Below are positions 19,550-30,075 of a DNA stretch of 64,000 bases, piece by piece; positions within the stretch are counted from its first letter, which is position 1; every line of letters starts with the position of its first letter. The DNA lies in NCBI GenBank assembly GCA_964398115.1, contig CAYNLP010000004.1, positions 1-64,000 of the forward strand. Reading direction: 5' to 3'. Made by a program: the position numbers and the translations under genes. The DNA comes from an uncultured Methanosarcinales archaeon. Its GTDB lineage: Archaea; Nanobdellota; Nanobdellia; Woesearchaeales; CAYNLP01. The notes under the pieces are model-generated. The model was not told where the DNA came from and made no database searches. It saw only the letters and a program-made list of their open reading frames with translations.

Positions 19550-22500
19550 ATGACCAGAGTGACGAGAATTAACCGCATGGTGATGAAAGGGTTTAAGAGT
19601 TTTAACAAAAAGACTGAAATCCCTTTTGGTGAAGGCTTCAACTGCGTGTTAGGCCCGAATGGTTCTGGAAAAAGCAACGTATTCGACGCATTAATCTTCG
19701 TTCTAGGGAAAGGCGGCAGTAAGAGCATGCGTGCAGAAGAAACCGCCAACTTAATCTTCAACGGTGGAAAGAATAAACAACCAGCGAAGAAAGGAATGGT
19801 CGCTATCTATTTTGATAACAAGGACGATGTTTTCGGCACAGGTAACGATGAGCTAGAAATCAAAAGGGTTGTAAGACAAGACGGAACAAGCAAATACATA
19901 ATTGACGGCGAGGTTAGGACAAAAACAGAAATACAAGATTTGCTAAGCAGAGCAAAGATCGATCCTGATAGTCACAACATCATCCTACAAGGAGATATCG
20001 TCAGCTTAGTGGAAATGACACCAAGAGAAAGAAGAGAAATGATAGAAGAAGTCGCTGGTATCACAATTTATGAAGATAAAAAAGATAAAGCCATGCGTGA
20101 ATTGAAAAGGGTAGAAGAAAAACTTGATGAGGCAGACCTTATTCTAAAAGAAAGAAAAAACTACTTAGACGAGTTAAAAGAAGACCGTGATCAAGCCAAA
20201 AAGTTCAAAGAATTAGAAGAAAAAATTAAGAGAAACAAAGCTACACTTCTCCACCGCAAACTACGGGACAAGAAAGAAGAGGTAGATGACATAGAAGGAG
20301 ATATAGAAGATAAAGAAGAAGAGTTAGAAGAACTTCGCAACGAAATTGAAGATATGCAGGATGAAATTAGCGAGAAAAAAGATGAAATTGAAGAAATAAA
20401 CGACGAAATTGAAGAAAAAGGCGAGAAAGAACAAGTAGATATGAATCAAAGAGTGCAAGACCTACGCGTAGAATTAACTCAAAAACAAGAAAGGTTTAAC
20501 CAAGTAAAACAAGAACTCGAAAGGATAAACGAGAGAAGAAAAGAATTACAAAAAGAATATGAAGAATATGAAAGCCAAGTTGAAAACCTACGTGAAGAAA
20601 AAAAAGCATACGAAGATAGGATAGAAAAAAAACAAGACAAGATAGAAGAACTCGAAGAGAAAATCGAAGAATACCGAGAAAAGAACAAGTTGGAAGACGC
20701 CGAAGAACTCGATGAAAGAATCGATAAAATAAACGAAGAAGCCGATGAGTTAAGCGACGAAATTCAAGAACTTCGAAGCAAACAACAGGACTTAATGAGG
20801 AAACAAGATAAGATAAACGTTGAGATTGATAACGTCGATGAAAAAATAGAACGAGTATTGGAATTAGAAGAAGAACACGAAGAAGACTTAGAACAATTAA
20901 AAGAAGAAAGAAGTCGACTCAAAGAAGTCAAAGAAGAATTAAACGAAAGGTTAGAAAGAGATAGTGAACTAACGAGTGAGTTAGAAACGGTACGAGGAAA
21001 ACTCAGCAGTAAAAAAGACAAACTTTCTAATTTGAAAGCGCAACAAACTAGCATTAAAGAAAGCATCGCCGGCGGGCACGCGATCAAGGCCATTATGGAC
21101 TTGAAAGATAAATGGAACGGTATCCACGGAACCGTCGCAGACCTAGGAAAAGTAGACAGCGAATACAGCCTAGCACTTGAAACCGCGGCAGGAAGCAGGA
21201 TGAAAAGCATCGTGGTAGAAAACGCTGACGTCGCAGAAAAATGTATAGATTACTTGAAAGAAAATCAAATCGGATACGCCAACTTCATACCCTTAGATAA
21301 GATAAAACAACGCTTTATCAAAACCGAAGTTAGGAACATCAGCGGTTCAGGCGTACACGGACTAGCACTTGACCTAGTAGAATATGATGACAAGTTCGAA
21401 AAAGCATTCAAACACGTTTTCGGAAACACACTCGTAGTTGACGATATCCCAACCGCGAGAAAAGTAGGAATAGGAAAGACAAGAATGGTCACCCTAGATG
21501 GTGACAAAGTTGAAACAAGCGGATCTATGACAGGGGGACACCGCAGTAAAAATCGTAAAGGACTCGGCTTTAAAGACAAAGAAGTAAGCGAAGAAATAGA
21601 AGAACTCGAAGAAGAAGTTGAAGACTTAGAAAACGTGAACGAAAACTTGACAGAAGAAAAAGAAGAGAACGACGAACGAATAGAAGAATTAAAGTCAGAA
21701 AAAGGAGACTTAGAAGGAAGCATTATCAAAATCGAAAAAAGCTTACACCTCGATAGCCACGACCTCGACGCAAGCAAAGAAAAGAAAGAAGAACTGCAAG
21801 AAGAACTTGACGAAATTGAAGAAGAAATTGAAGAAGTNNNNNNNNNNNNNNNNNNNNNNNNNNNNNNNNNNNNNNNNNNNNNGACAAGACGAGTGAACTC
21901 ACTGACTTAAAGATGGAACGCCAAGACCTGAGAGAAAAACTAAGTGAGATGAGAGACCCTGCCGCGAGAGCAGAACTTGACAGCCTACAAAATGAAAGAA
22001 ATGACGTCAAGAGTGAAGTAGCAGAAATGAATGGAGAAGTGAAAAGCTTCAAATCAGAACTCGAGAATGTATTACTGCCAGAAAAGGAAAAGACGGAAGA
22101 AATCCTAGAACAAATAGAAGAAGAGGAAGAAGAATTCGAAGAAGAAAAAACGGAGCTAGAAGAAGCAATTGAAGAACTTGAAGAAGAAGCGGAAGAGATG
22201 GAAGAAAAACAAAAAGAGTTTCAAGAAGAATTCCGAGAACTCTTCGACCGAAGAGGAGAACTCGATGATAAAATTAGAGATTTAGAGGACGAAATATTAG
22301 AAAAGAACGATAAAGTCAGAGAGTTAGAAGATGAAAAGAATGACTTAAGTGTGGAAAGAGCAGAGAAGCAAGCCGAAGTAAACAGCCTAGAAGAAGAATA
22401 TGAAGAATACGAAAACGTAGATATTTACAAGACAAAAGGCACTGAGAAGATGAAAGAAGAAGTCGACGAGTTTGAACAAATGGCGGAAGACATGGGAGCC

Positions 22501-23082
22501 GTGAACATGAAAGCACTCGAGATTTACGAACAAGTAAAGCACGAATATGAAAACTTACAAGATAAAAAAGACAAATTACAGGAAGAAAGAGAAGACGTCT
22601 TGGTAATGATAAATAAGATTGAAAGCAGGAAGAAAGAACTCTTCATGGAAACATACGACAAACTAAAAGACAACTTCCAAAGGATTTTCAGCACGTTAAG
22701 CACGAAAGGAAAAGCCAGTTTAGAATTAGAAAATGAAGAAGATCCTTTCGATGGAGGAGTGAACATAAAAGTCAAATTGAGCGGGAACAAATACTTAGAC
22801 ATTAACAGCTTGAGCGGAGGAGAAAAAACTCTCACTGCATTGTCATTCATCTTCGCAGTGCAAGAATACGAACCCGCACCCTTCTACATATTAGACGAAG
22901 TAGACGCAGCGCTTGACAAGAGGAACAGCGAAAAACTCGCACAACTCCTCAAAAGCTATAGCGAAAAAGCACAATACATAATCATCAGCCACAACGACAA
23001 AGTCATCAGCGAAGCTGACAACCTATACGGATTGAGCATGAACGAAAATGGCGAAAGCAAAATCACTACTTTAGAGGTTTAG
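19550..23082 (+). CDS. smc: chromosome segregation protein SMC (interrupted by assembly gap 21838-21882)
   Basis: GFKSF, GPNGSGKSN, coiled coils, hinge, LSGGEK and DEVDAALD. The frame change falls in the N-run. Confidence 0.93.
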
Positions 23083-23503
23083 ATTGGTAATGTTCCGCTA
23101 TTTTCTTAACTAAATAGTAAGTTAATATAGAAACTGGCACGGCTAAAATTAATGAGCCGACAACAAAACGTCTCGTCAAGTAATAAACTTGATGGAGGAA
23201 ATTCAACTGATACGTTTTCACAGGGGCAGTTGCAAAAATTACGTTGCCGATTTTATAACTCAACCAATAAATCGGAGCCAATGTTAAGGGATTCCAAAAA
23301 AGGATAGATCCAAACAAGCTATACTTGTTAATTGGTTCGTAAATAAAAATAACGAGTAATCCAATAAACACGTTGATGAAAGGAGTTGGCAAAACACTGA
23401 TAAAAGTCCCCACCGCAAAACCAAGAGCGATAGCTTCAGGAGTTGGTTTAGACTTGACAACTTCTTCAAAATAATGCTTTAACTTCTTCCAATAAGATTT
23501 CAT
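23066..23503 (-). CDS. DUF2062-family membrane protein
   Basis: TPEAIALGFAVGTFISVLP and NPLTLAPIYWLSYKIG. Start reassigned to ATG 23503. Confidence 0.8.
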   Translation of the reverse strand: MKSYWKKLKHYFEEVVKSKPTPEAIALGFAVGTFISVLPTPFINVFIGLLVIFIYEPINKYSLFGSILFWNPLTLAPIYWLSYKIGNVIFATAPVKTYQLNFLHQVYYLTRRFVVGSLILAVPVSILTYYLVKKIAEHYQSKPLK

Positions 23504-23582
23504 AACATAAACTATAATTAATCTTCTTTTATCTATTTTTATAAGAAAACTTAAAAGCCCAAATCCTATATTCCGAACATTG

Positions 23583-24008
23583 ATGAAATTACAAATTAAG
23601 AAATTGGAAGAAGATGTTAAGACACCGAGATATGCGCATGAAGGAGACGCCGGCATGGACGTTTACAGCAGAGAAAACCACATTTTGAAACCAGGGGAAA
23701 GACACTTGTTCAAACTAGGATTTGCTATGAGTTTTGAACCAGGATATGTGTGCCACGTATGGGATAAAAGCGGGTTGGCAGCCAAGCATGGCATTAAAAC
23801 AATGGGTGGAGTTATAGAACACACTTATAGAGGAGAAATCGGCGTGATTTTATACAATACGAGTGATGAAGAATACGAGGTTAGAAAGGGTGACAAAATC
23901 GCACAAATGGTGTTCGTACCCGTAGCTACTGCTGAAACAGAAGAAGTAGAAGAATTAACAGACACAAAAAGAGGAAAAGGCGGTTTCGGGAGTACTGGAA
24001 AAAGATGA
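23583..24008 (+). CDS. dut: dUTP diphosphatase
   Basis: GDAGMD, KSGLA, YRGEI, IAQ and RGKGGFGSTG motifs. Confidence 0.95.
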   Translation: MKLQIKKLEEDVKTPRYAHEGDAGMDVYSRENHILKPGERHLFKLGFAMSFEPGYVCHVWDKSGLAAKHGIKTMGGVIEHTYRGEIGVILYNTSDEEYEVRKGDKIAQMVFVPVATAETEEVEELTDTKRGKGGFGSTGKR

Positions 24009-24574
24009 AATTAATACTAGTCAGGCATGGAGAAACTGAAGAAAACGTTGATAACATAGTCCAAGGACAACTTCCTGGAACATTAACTTCTAACGGTAAA
24101 AGTCAAATAAAGAAGTTAGCTAAAAGATTGAAAGATGAAGACATAGCTCACATATACTCGAGCGATTTAAAACGTGCTGTTGATACAGCGAAAGAAATTG
24201 CACAATACCATCCGGGAGTCCCTTTAGACTTTAGAGAGGATATTCGAGAAAGTCATGCGGGAGAATGGACAGGATTACACGCGGATGATGTGGACATGGA
24301 TAACCGTCCAGATAGTGCTGAAGACCTGGATGACTTGAAAGAAAGAGCTGAATCTTTCCTACATCATGTGTATCACGCTCACGAAGATGAAACTATTCTA
24401 GTTGTAGGACACGGAGGGATAAACAAAGTTTTGATAACCATCTTAAAAGACGAACCAATCGAACACTTCCACGACCTTGAAGACTTGTCTAACGCGGGAG
24501 TCACCGTTTTTAATATACAAGAAGAAGAAGGGAATCACGAACTCAAAATGTTAGACTGCACCGCTCACCTATAG
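24005..24574 (+). CDS. histidine phosphatase family protein (PGM-like)
   Basis: LVRHGET, SSDLKRA and VGHGG motifs. Confidence 0.9.
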   Translation: MKLILVRHGETEENVDNIVQGQLPGTLTSNGKSQIKKLAKRLKDEDIAHIYSSDLKRAVDTAKEIAQYHPGVPLDFREDIRESHAGEWTGLHADDVDMDNRPDSAEDLDDLKERAESFLHHVYHAHEDETILVVGHGGINKVLITILKDEPIEHFHDLEDLSNAGVTVFNIQEEEGNHELKMLDCTAHL

Positions 24575-24583
24575 TGATTGAGT

Positions 24584-25222
24584 TTATTTTAATCGATAAA
24601 AAACTTCAGCCAATCTCATATTATTTCTAAAACTATTAGCAAAAGCTCTGATGTAAGCGCTTAACTTCATAATGAACAAAGTAAACTTTTGACTCTTCAA
24701 TTCAGAAAGAGCCTTCATCTTCTGCCGGAAATAACCACTTATAGTAACGACAGTCCTCGGATAATCTCTCCTCTTTAATCGGAACAAAGCCCACTTGTCA
24801 AAACCATACACGTTAACATCTAAACCTAACTCTTCTACTATTGTCAAAACTTCCTTACCCACCGTGCTATGATCTGGAGCAGGATCTTCTGGGACGTGAG
24901 TATAAATCTTACTCGGCTCATGACTTTCAATAAAATCCTTCACTTTCTCTCTATGATTAGGAGCATCCTCAGCAATCTTTGCCTCATGAATTCCCAAAAA
25001 TTCTATTCCTTCACCACCCAACTCTTTATTAGCAGCTTTCGCATCTCTTTCTTGATTCTCCTTAATAACATCTTCTTTAATATGTGGCTTACTAGTCTCG
25101 CCATAACTGTACATCAAAGTGTAGACTTTATCCCCGTTTGCGACGTGTTTGGCTAAAGTGGCTCCGGCTCCCAGTATTTGATCATCGGGGTGGGCGCATA
25201 TCAGTAAAATGTTTTCTGCCAT
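24584..25222 (-). CDS. PIG-L/LmbE family deacetylase
   Basis: AHPDD and THxxxDxxPDH motifs. Confidence 0.85.
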   Translation of the reverse strand: MAENILLICAHPDDQILGAGATLAKHVANGDKVYTLMYSYGETSKPHIKEDVIKENQERDAKAANKELGGEGIEFLGIHEAKIAEDAPNHREKVKDFIESHEPSKIYTHVPEDPAPDHSTVGKEVLTIVEELGLDVNVYGFDKWALFRLKRRDYPRTVVTISGYFRQKMKALSELKSQKFTLFIMKLSAYIRAFANSFRNNMRLAEVFYRLK

Positions 25223-25271
25223 AAGTGAGAGTGTTAGAACTTAGTTTATATGTTTTTGCACTAGAAAAGAA

Positions 25272-25367
25272 TGCGCTGGCCGAGATTTGAACTCGGATTA
25301 ACGGCTCTCTTACTGGTTTTTTGATACCATTGGAAGGCCGTTGTCTTAGCCATTAGACCACCAGCGC
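25272..25367 (-). tRNA. tRNA-Gly(TCC) with 24-nt intron at 37/38 (25307-25330)
   Basis: Reverse complement GCGCTGG...ACGGC-CTTCCA[intron]A-GCCGT...GTTCAAATC...CCAGCGCA, 72 nt after splicing. Confidence 0.9.
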
Positions 25368-25421
25368 GTGTTAAGTTGATTGATTTCGTAGCTGTATTTA
25401 AATGTAACGCCCTTCTCCAGA

Positions 25422-25452
25422 AATTATTTTTTGTCAATATAGAAAATAATTA
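25422..25452 (-). repeat. dispersed AT-rich quasi-palindrome, copy 3
   Basis: Reverse complement TAATTATTTTCTATATTGACAAAAAATAATT. Confidence 0.75.
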
Positions 25453-25737
25453 TACTCCTAGCATTGCTCGAAGCTCTTCACTCGGCTCCCAACGAGGCTC
25501 GAACGTAACTTCAATATTGACTTCTTCAACTTCGTCAATGTCTGTAAGCCTGTCTCGAATATCTCTCTTCAACTGGGGCCCGTAGGGACACATCGGCGTG
25601 GTGTAGGTCATCAAGATGTCGACTGTGTCTTCCTCCACCTCTAAATCATAAATTAATTCCAGCGTCCATATGTCTATCATGAGCTCGGGATCCATCACTT
25701 CTTCTAAAGCGTTGATGACTTCGTCTCGATCTGCCAT
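25450..25737 (-). CDS. DUF59/SufT-like Fe-S cluster assembly protein
   Basis: VMDPEL.IDI..LELIY, TYTTPMCP and FEPRW motifs. Confidence 0.9.
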   Translation of the reverse strand: MADRDEVINALEEVMDPELMIDIWTLELIYDLEVEEDTVDILMTYTTPMCPYGPQLKRDIRDRLTDIDEVEEVNIEVTFEPRWEPSEELRAMLGV

Positions 25738-25739
25738 TA

Positions 25740-26018
25740 TTAAATCCTCTTCTGTATTTCTCCTTCGAATTCAGGGAAATACCTGTTTATCTGTTTTATG
25801 TTGAATGTTGAAAGTATTTGCTCTTTCGGCTCTCGGTCTAGGAGAAAGTGAAAGCTTTGCCTGACGAATTCTTCGGGCTTGCATCTTCCATTCGTCACTT
25901 TTTCAAAATAGTTTTCATCCATCTTGACCTTGTGACTGCTCTCGTCACCGTCCTGGTCTATCGTGACTTGAAACTCCCACCCTCCAGGCTTGTTTGACTT
26001 ATCTATCTTGATATCCAT
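25740..26018 (-). CDS. conserved hypothetical protein
   Basis: SFHFLLDREPKEQIL..F....I.RYFPEFE, operonic with its neighbours. Confidence 0.7.
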   Translation of the reverse strand: MDIKIDKSNKPGGWEFQVTIDQDGDESSHKVKMDENYFEKVTNGRCKPEEFVRQSFHFLLDREPKEQILSTFNIKQINRYFPEFEGEIQKRI

Positions 26019-26021
26019 CTT

Positions 26022-27047
26022 TTATCCCTCCAAGTGCGGTTGGCTTTTTCTCATACCAGCGTTGGTTATCTTCACAAACTCTGCGTTTTGTTTCAACCCT
26101 TTTATGTCTTTGGCTCCGAGATAGCTCACACCGCTTTTCATGCCTCCGGCGAGTTTTTTCAACAAGTGGTTTAAGCTGCCATTTTTCTTTACTTCTCCGC
26201 TCACGCCTTCAGGAGTGTATCTTTCCAAGTATTCTTCTTTCTCCTCAGGGTTCATCTTCTCCAATCTTTCTTCATTCGCTTCCATGCTTGCCATGCCTCT
26301 GTAGTCGTTGTCGCCAGGGGCTTCTTCACAACCCGCTACTAGGCTTCCTATCATCACCGTATCAGCTCCCGCCGCCAATGCTTTCACCATATCACCGCTG
26401 TTTTTAATCCCACCGTCTGCGATTGTTGGGATGTCGTGTTTTTTCGCCACTTCACTCACTTCTTGTATTGCGGTGATTTGTGGAACTCCGCAGCCAGTCA
26501 CTATCCTGGTGCTGCAAGATGCGCCTGGGCCGATCCCAATTTTCAGACAGTCTGCGCCTGCTTTTATCAAGTCTTTCGCCGCTTGTTTTGTGGCGATGTT
26601 TCCCACGATTAAGTTGTGGTCGAATTCTTGTTTGAACTCTTTCACTGTTTTGATAACGTTTTCGTGGTGTCCGTGTGCCACGTCTAGCACGAATATGTTA
26701 ACATCTACTTCTGCCAGAGCTTTAGTTCGTTCTTTCCAGTCTTTCAATCCGATAGCCGCTCCCAGATTTTGGGTTCCTAATTCTTTCGCTTTCTTTGCTT
26801 CTTCGCATTGTTCTTTTATGGTTTGAAATCGGTGTAGGATTCCTAACGCGCCGTGTTGGTCCATCACTTTGCAAACTTTTGGGTTGACAACGGTGTCCAT
26901 GGGTGCTGCTAGTATGGGGAGTTCTAATTCCAGGATTTCTCCGTCGTTGTTTAGTAGCTGGCTAGAAAGATTAACTTGTGAGCGGCTTTCTACAACGCCT
27001 TTCTTGGGTTTCAACAATACATCGTCAAAAGTGTAAGCTTCTTCCAT
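26022..27047 (-). CDS. IMP dehydrogenase/GMP reductase family protein (no CBS domains)
   Basis: TFDDVLL, DVAHGH, GIGPGASCSTR, ADGGI and YRGMAS motifs. Confidence 0.88.
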   Translation of the reverse strand: MEEAYTFDDVLLKPKKGVVESRSQVNLSSQLLNNDGEILELELPILAAPMDTVVNPKVCKVMDQHGALGILHRFQTIKEQCEEAKKAKELGTQNLGAAIGLKDWKERTKALAEVDVNIFVLDVAHGHHENVIKTVKEFKQEFDHNLIVGNIATKQAAKDLIKAGADCLKIGIGPGASCSTRIVTGCGVPQITAIQEVSEVAKKHDIPTIADGGIKNSGDMVKALAAGADTVMIGSLVAGCEEAPGDNDYRGMASMEANEERLEKMNPEEKEEYLERYTPEGVSGEVKKNGSLNHLLKKLAGGMKSGVSYLGAKDIKGLKQNAEFVKITNAGMRKSQPHLEG

Positions 27048-27092
27048 CCAACAACCCAATTATAACTAACTGCTCATACGCATTTATATAAT

Positions 27093-27728
27093 TTACTTTT
27101 CCATAAATTTTTCCGCGCTGGGACAGATGTCTTTCAAGAAACAACTTGGACATTTTGGATTTCTCGCTTTGCACAAAGCCCTGCCGTGTTCTATCAAACC
27201 ATTTGTTATAAAACGCCACTCACTTTTCGGAATTTTCTCCATCAACTCTTTCTCTATCTTTTTCGGTGTTCCACCATTGTGAAGACCGAGTCTTTCACCA
27301 ACTCTTTTCACGTGAGTGTCTACGGCGATACCTTGGTTTTTATTCCATGCATGACTTAACACAACATTTGCAGTTTTCCTACCCACCCCTGATAGTTTAG
27401 TGAGTTCTTCGATGTTTCTCGGCACTTTACCGTTGTAATCTTCGATTATTTTCTTACAAGCGTTTTGAATCCATTTGCTTTTTTGATTGTACAAGCCAAT
27501 ACTGTTGATGTCTTCGGCGAGTTCTTCTCTATCAATATTCGCAAAGTCTTCTGCCGTCTTGTATTTTTTGAACAATTCCTTCGTTACTTTATTCACTTGT
27601 TTATCGGTGTTCCTGGCGGATAATATAACAGCTACTAGCAACTGCAACGGATTTTCGTAATTGAGAGAAGTGGTTGGCTCGCCGTATTCCTCATGCAACC
27701 TTTCCAAAACTTCTTCTACATCTACCAT
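27093..27728 (-). CDS. nth: endonuclease III
   Basis: LSGVGRKTANVV HhH, VDTHV and C-terminal 4Fe-4S cysteine cluster. Confidence 0.95.
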   Translation of the reverse strand: MVDVEEVLERLHEEYGEPTTSLNYENPLQLLVAVILSARNTDKQVNKVTKELFKKYKTAEDFANIDREELAEDINSIGLYNQKSKWIQNACKKIIEDYNGKVPRNIEELTKLSGVGRKTANVVLSHAWNKNQGIAVDTHVKRVGERLGLHNGGTPKKIEKELMEKIPKSEWRFITNGLIEHGRALCKARNPKCPSCFLKDICPSAEKFMEK

Positions 27729-27731
27729 GAT

Positions 27732-28388
27732 TTATTTTCTTTCTTTTTCTTCTTTAAAACTTTCTTCTTGTAATTCTCTATACTTTCTATAAGCTAAGTA
27801 TCCGAGTATCAACGCAGCGATTATTATAAGGGAAGCGTCTGTTAAGTAGCCTGAAATTATTTCATAGCTTTCTCCGAATAAGTAGCCGAGCATGGTATAA
27901 GTCGCTCCCCATAGAATTCCACCAGTGACGTTGTAAAACATGAACTTTGCTATGTCTACTTTACTCGTTCCCGCAACAAAAGCAGCGAATGCTCTTGTCA
28001 CGCTATTAAACCTACCTATGATGAGCCACTTGCCGGTATGGTCTCTCATAACCTCGTTAGTCTTTTCATAATAACCTTCTTTCACCAAAAAGTATTTGCC
28101 ATAATCGCTTATGAAATTCCTAATCCGAGCATCACCATACCTTTTTCCAATAACATAACTAAGGTAATCTCCCAGGATAGCACCCAATATGGATATTATT
28201 AATACTGTAGTTAAATCTAAAACTCCCATTTTCACGAAGAACCCAGCTGCAGCGACAATAACCTGACCAGCAGCTAAGAAGCCAAAGACAGGAGTTGCTT
28301 CTAAAGTCGCCATCAAAAACAAAATAATGTATCCCCAATCAGCTACGAGAGGTTTCGGTAAATTCAAAATAGTATCGATCAAACCCAT
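27732..28388 (-). CDS. DedA family membrane protein
   Basis: GAILGDYLSY.IG and IGRF...R.F..FVAG motifs. Confidence 0.9.
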   Translation of the reverse strand: MGLIDTILNLPKPLVADWGYIILFLMATLEATPVFGFLAAGQVIVAAAGFFVKMGVLDLTTVLIISILGAILGDYLSYVIGKRYGDARIRNFISDYGKYFLVKEGYYEKTNEVMRDHTGKWLIIGRFNSVTRAFAAFVAGTSKVDIAKFMFYNVTGGILWGATYTMLGYLFGESYEIISGYLTDASLIIIAALILGYLAYRKYRELQEESFKEEKERK

Positions 28389-28443
28389 ACGTTTTGTTAA
28401 ACTCGAGAAACTTTATAAACTTCTTTCCCATTTTCGCCTAAGT

Positions 28444-29799
28444 ATGGTACTAGACAAGTTAGGAGAAAGTTTGCAGAACACTTTGAAGAAAATTACCGGT
28501 GCGAGTGTAGTAGATGAAAAACTCGTCAAAGAATTGACCAAAGACATTCAACGAGCTCTTCTTCAAGCAGATGTAGACGTACAACTCGTCTTCGACCTAA
28601 CCAGTAACATAAAAGAAAGAGCTTTGGAAAAAGAAGCACCAGAAGGTATAACCAGAAGAGAACACATCGTCAATATAGTTTATGAAGAAATGGTGAACTT
28701 CCTTGGAGGAGAAGGTGGAGAAATAGACGTTGATAGCAAACAACCATTTAAAATTATGCTAGTCGGACTCTTCGGAGCTGGAAAAACCACCACGGCTGGC
28801 AAACTCGCCAAATATTATCAAAAAAGAGGACATAATGTAGCATTAGTTCAAACGGATACGTGGAGACCAGCAGCGTATGATCAGTTGGAGCAGACGGCTG
28901 AAAAAGTAGGTTGCGACTTTTACGGTTTGAAAGAGGCTAAACACCCACAAGAAGTTTGGAAAAAATATGAAGATAAACTCCAAGATTACGACATTGTAAT
29001 TGTAGACACTGCAGGTCGCGATGCATTAAAGGACGAACTTATAGAGGAGCTTAACAAAATAAATAGGAAAGTGAAAGCGGATGAAAACCTACTTGTCATG
29101 CCTGCCGATATCGGACAAGGTGCTAGTGAACAAGCAGCAGCGTTCCAAGACATGGTCGACGTGGACGGTGTGGTAATAACAAAAATGGATGGCACGGCAA
29201 AAGGAGGAGGAGCACTCGCCGCATGCAGCATTACAGGCTCACCCGTGAAGTTCATAGGTGTAGGAGAAACCATAGAAGATATTGAAGAGTTCAGACCGGA
29301 AGGATTCGTTGGCCGCTTGTTAGGAATGGGTGACTTGGAGGCCTTGCTTGAAAAAGCTCAGCATGCCATCGATCAAGAAAAGGCTGAAGATTTAGGAAAG
29401 AGGTTCTTAGAAGGCAAGTTTAACCTATTGGACTTGTACGAGCAGATGGAAGCCATGCAAAACATGGGCAGCCTTAGCAAGATAATGGATATGATCCCTG
29501 GCTTTAGCAAGTTTGACCTTCCGGACAATGCGTTGGAAGTTCAGGAAGAGAAAATGGACGTCTGGCGCGTCTTGATGGACAGCATGACAAAAGAAGAATT
29601 GGAAAATCCCGATATTATAAACGCTGCAAGGATTGATAGGATTAGCGAAGGTGCTGGTAAACCTGCGAGTGAAGTCCGAGCCTTGCTAAAACAATATCGG
29701 CAAGCAAAGAAAATGGCTGAGATGATGCAAGGTAAGGGTGGAAATAAGAAATTGCAGAAAATGATGGATAAGCTAGGTGGTGCCGGTTTTAATTTTTAA
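28444..29799 (+). CDS. ffh: signal recognition particle protein SRP54
   Basis: GAGKTTT, DTWRPAA, DTAGR, TKMDGTAKGGG and M-domain. Start at ATG 28444. Confidence 0.96.
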   Translation: MVLDKLGESLQNTLKKITGASVVDEKLVKELTKDIQRALLQADVDVQLVFDLTSNIKERALEKEAPEGITRREHIVNIVYEEMVNFLGGEGGEIDVDSKQPFKIMLVGLFGAGKTTTAGKLAKYYQKRGHNVALVQTDTWRPAAYDQLEQTAEKVGCDFYGLKEAKHPQEVWKKYEDKLQDYDIVIVDTAGRDALKDELIEELNKINRKVKADENLLVMPADIGQGASEQAAAFQDMVDVDGVVITKMDGTAKGGGALAACSITGSPVKFIGVGETIEDIEEFRPEGFVGRLLGMGDLEALLEKAQHAIDQEKAEDLGKRFLEGKFNLLDLYEQMEAMQNMGSLSKIMDMIPGFSKFDLPDNALEVQEEKMDVWRVLMDSMTKEELENPDIINAARIDRISEGAGKPASEVRALLKQYRQAKKMAEMMQGKGGNKKLQKMMDKLGGAGFNF

Positions 29800-29889
29800 T
29801 ATGTAAGACTTAAATCTAAGTCTAAATCTATTTCTTCTTTTTCACCTACGTGATTTTCAAGAACGTCTTTTTATTGTAAGAATAAAGTT

Positions 29890-29949
29890 GCATGAAGGGG
29901 GTGGGTGAGTGGGCTTTCGGGAGAAAGGAGGTGGTTGACCCCTTCATGC
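29890..29949. other. GC-rich intergenic stem-loop with SD/anti-SD sequence in the loop
   Basis: 11-bp perfect arms GCATGAAGGGG/CCCCTTCATGC. The loop contains AGAAAGGAGGTGG. Confidence 0.6.
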
Positions 29950-30031
29950 GTGGTATTGAGAGGTGAGTATTTGTTTCATAGCTATACTTGTTTTTAAATC
30001 TTTTGTTTTATAGTTACTTTTAAGTAGTAAC

Positions 30032-30060
30032 TTAATTATTTTCTATATTGATAAAAAATA
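30032..30060 (+). repeat. dispersed AT-rich quasi-palindrome, copy 4
   Basis: TTAATTATTTTCTATATTGATAAAAAATA, one mismatch to copy 1 over 29 bp. Confidence 0.75.
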
Positions 30061-30075
30061 GCGATTAAAAAAATA

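Noticed and set aside
21838..21913. Apparent split or frameshift of smc into 786-aa and 389-aa ORFs
   Set aside because: The frame change lies within a 45-N scaffold gap, so it is an assembly artefact.
20200..22420. GAA-rich low-complexity tract
   Set aside because: It simply encodes the Glu-rich SMC coiled coils.
19550..23082. Defence system (Wadjet/Lamassu) built on the SMC
   Set aside because: It is a canonical hinge-containing SMC with housekeeping neighbours and no effector genes.
29800..30075. SRP RNA next to SRP54
   Set aside because: Only ~60 nt are structured and no helix-8 motif is visible. Archaeal SRP RNA is ~300 nt.
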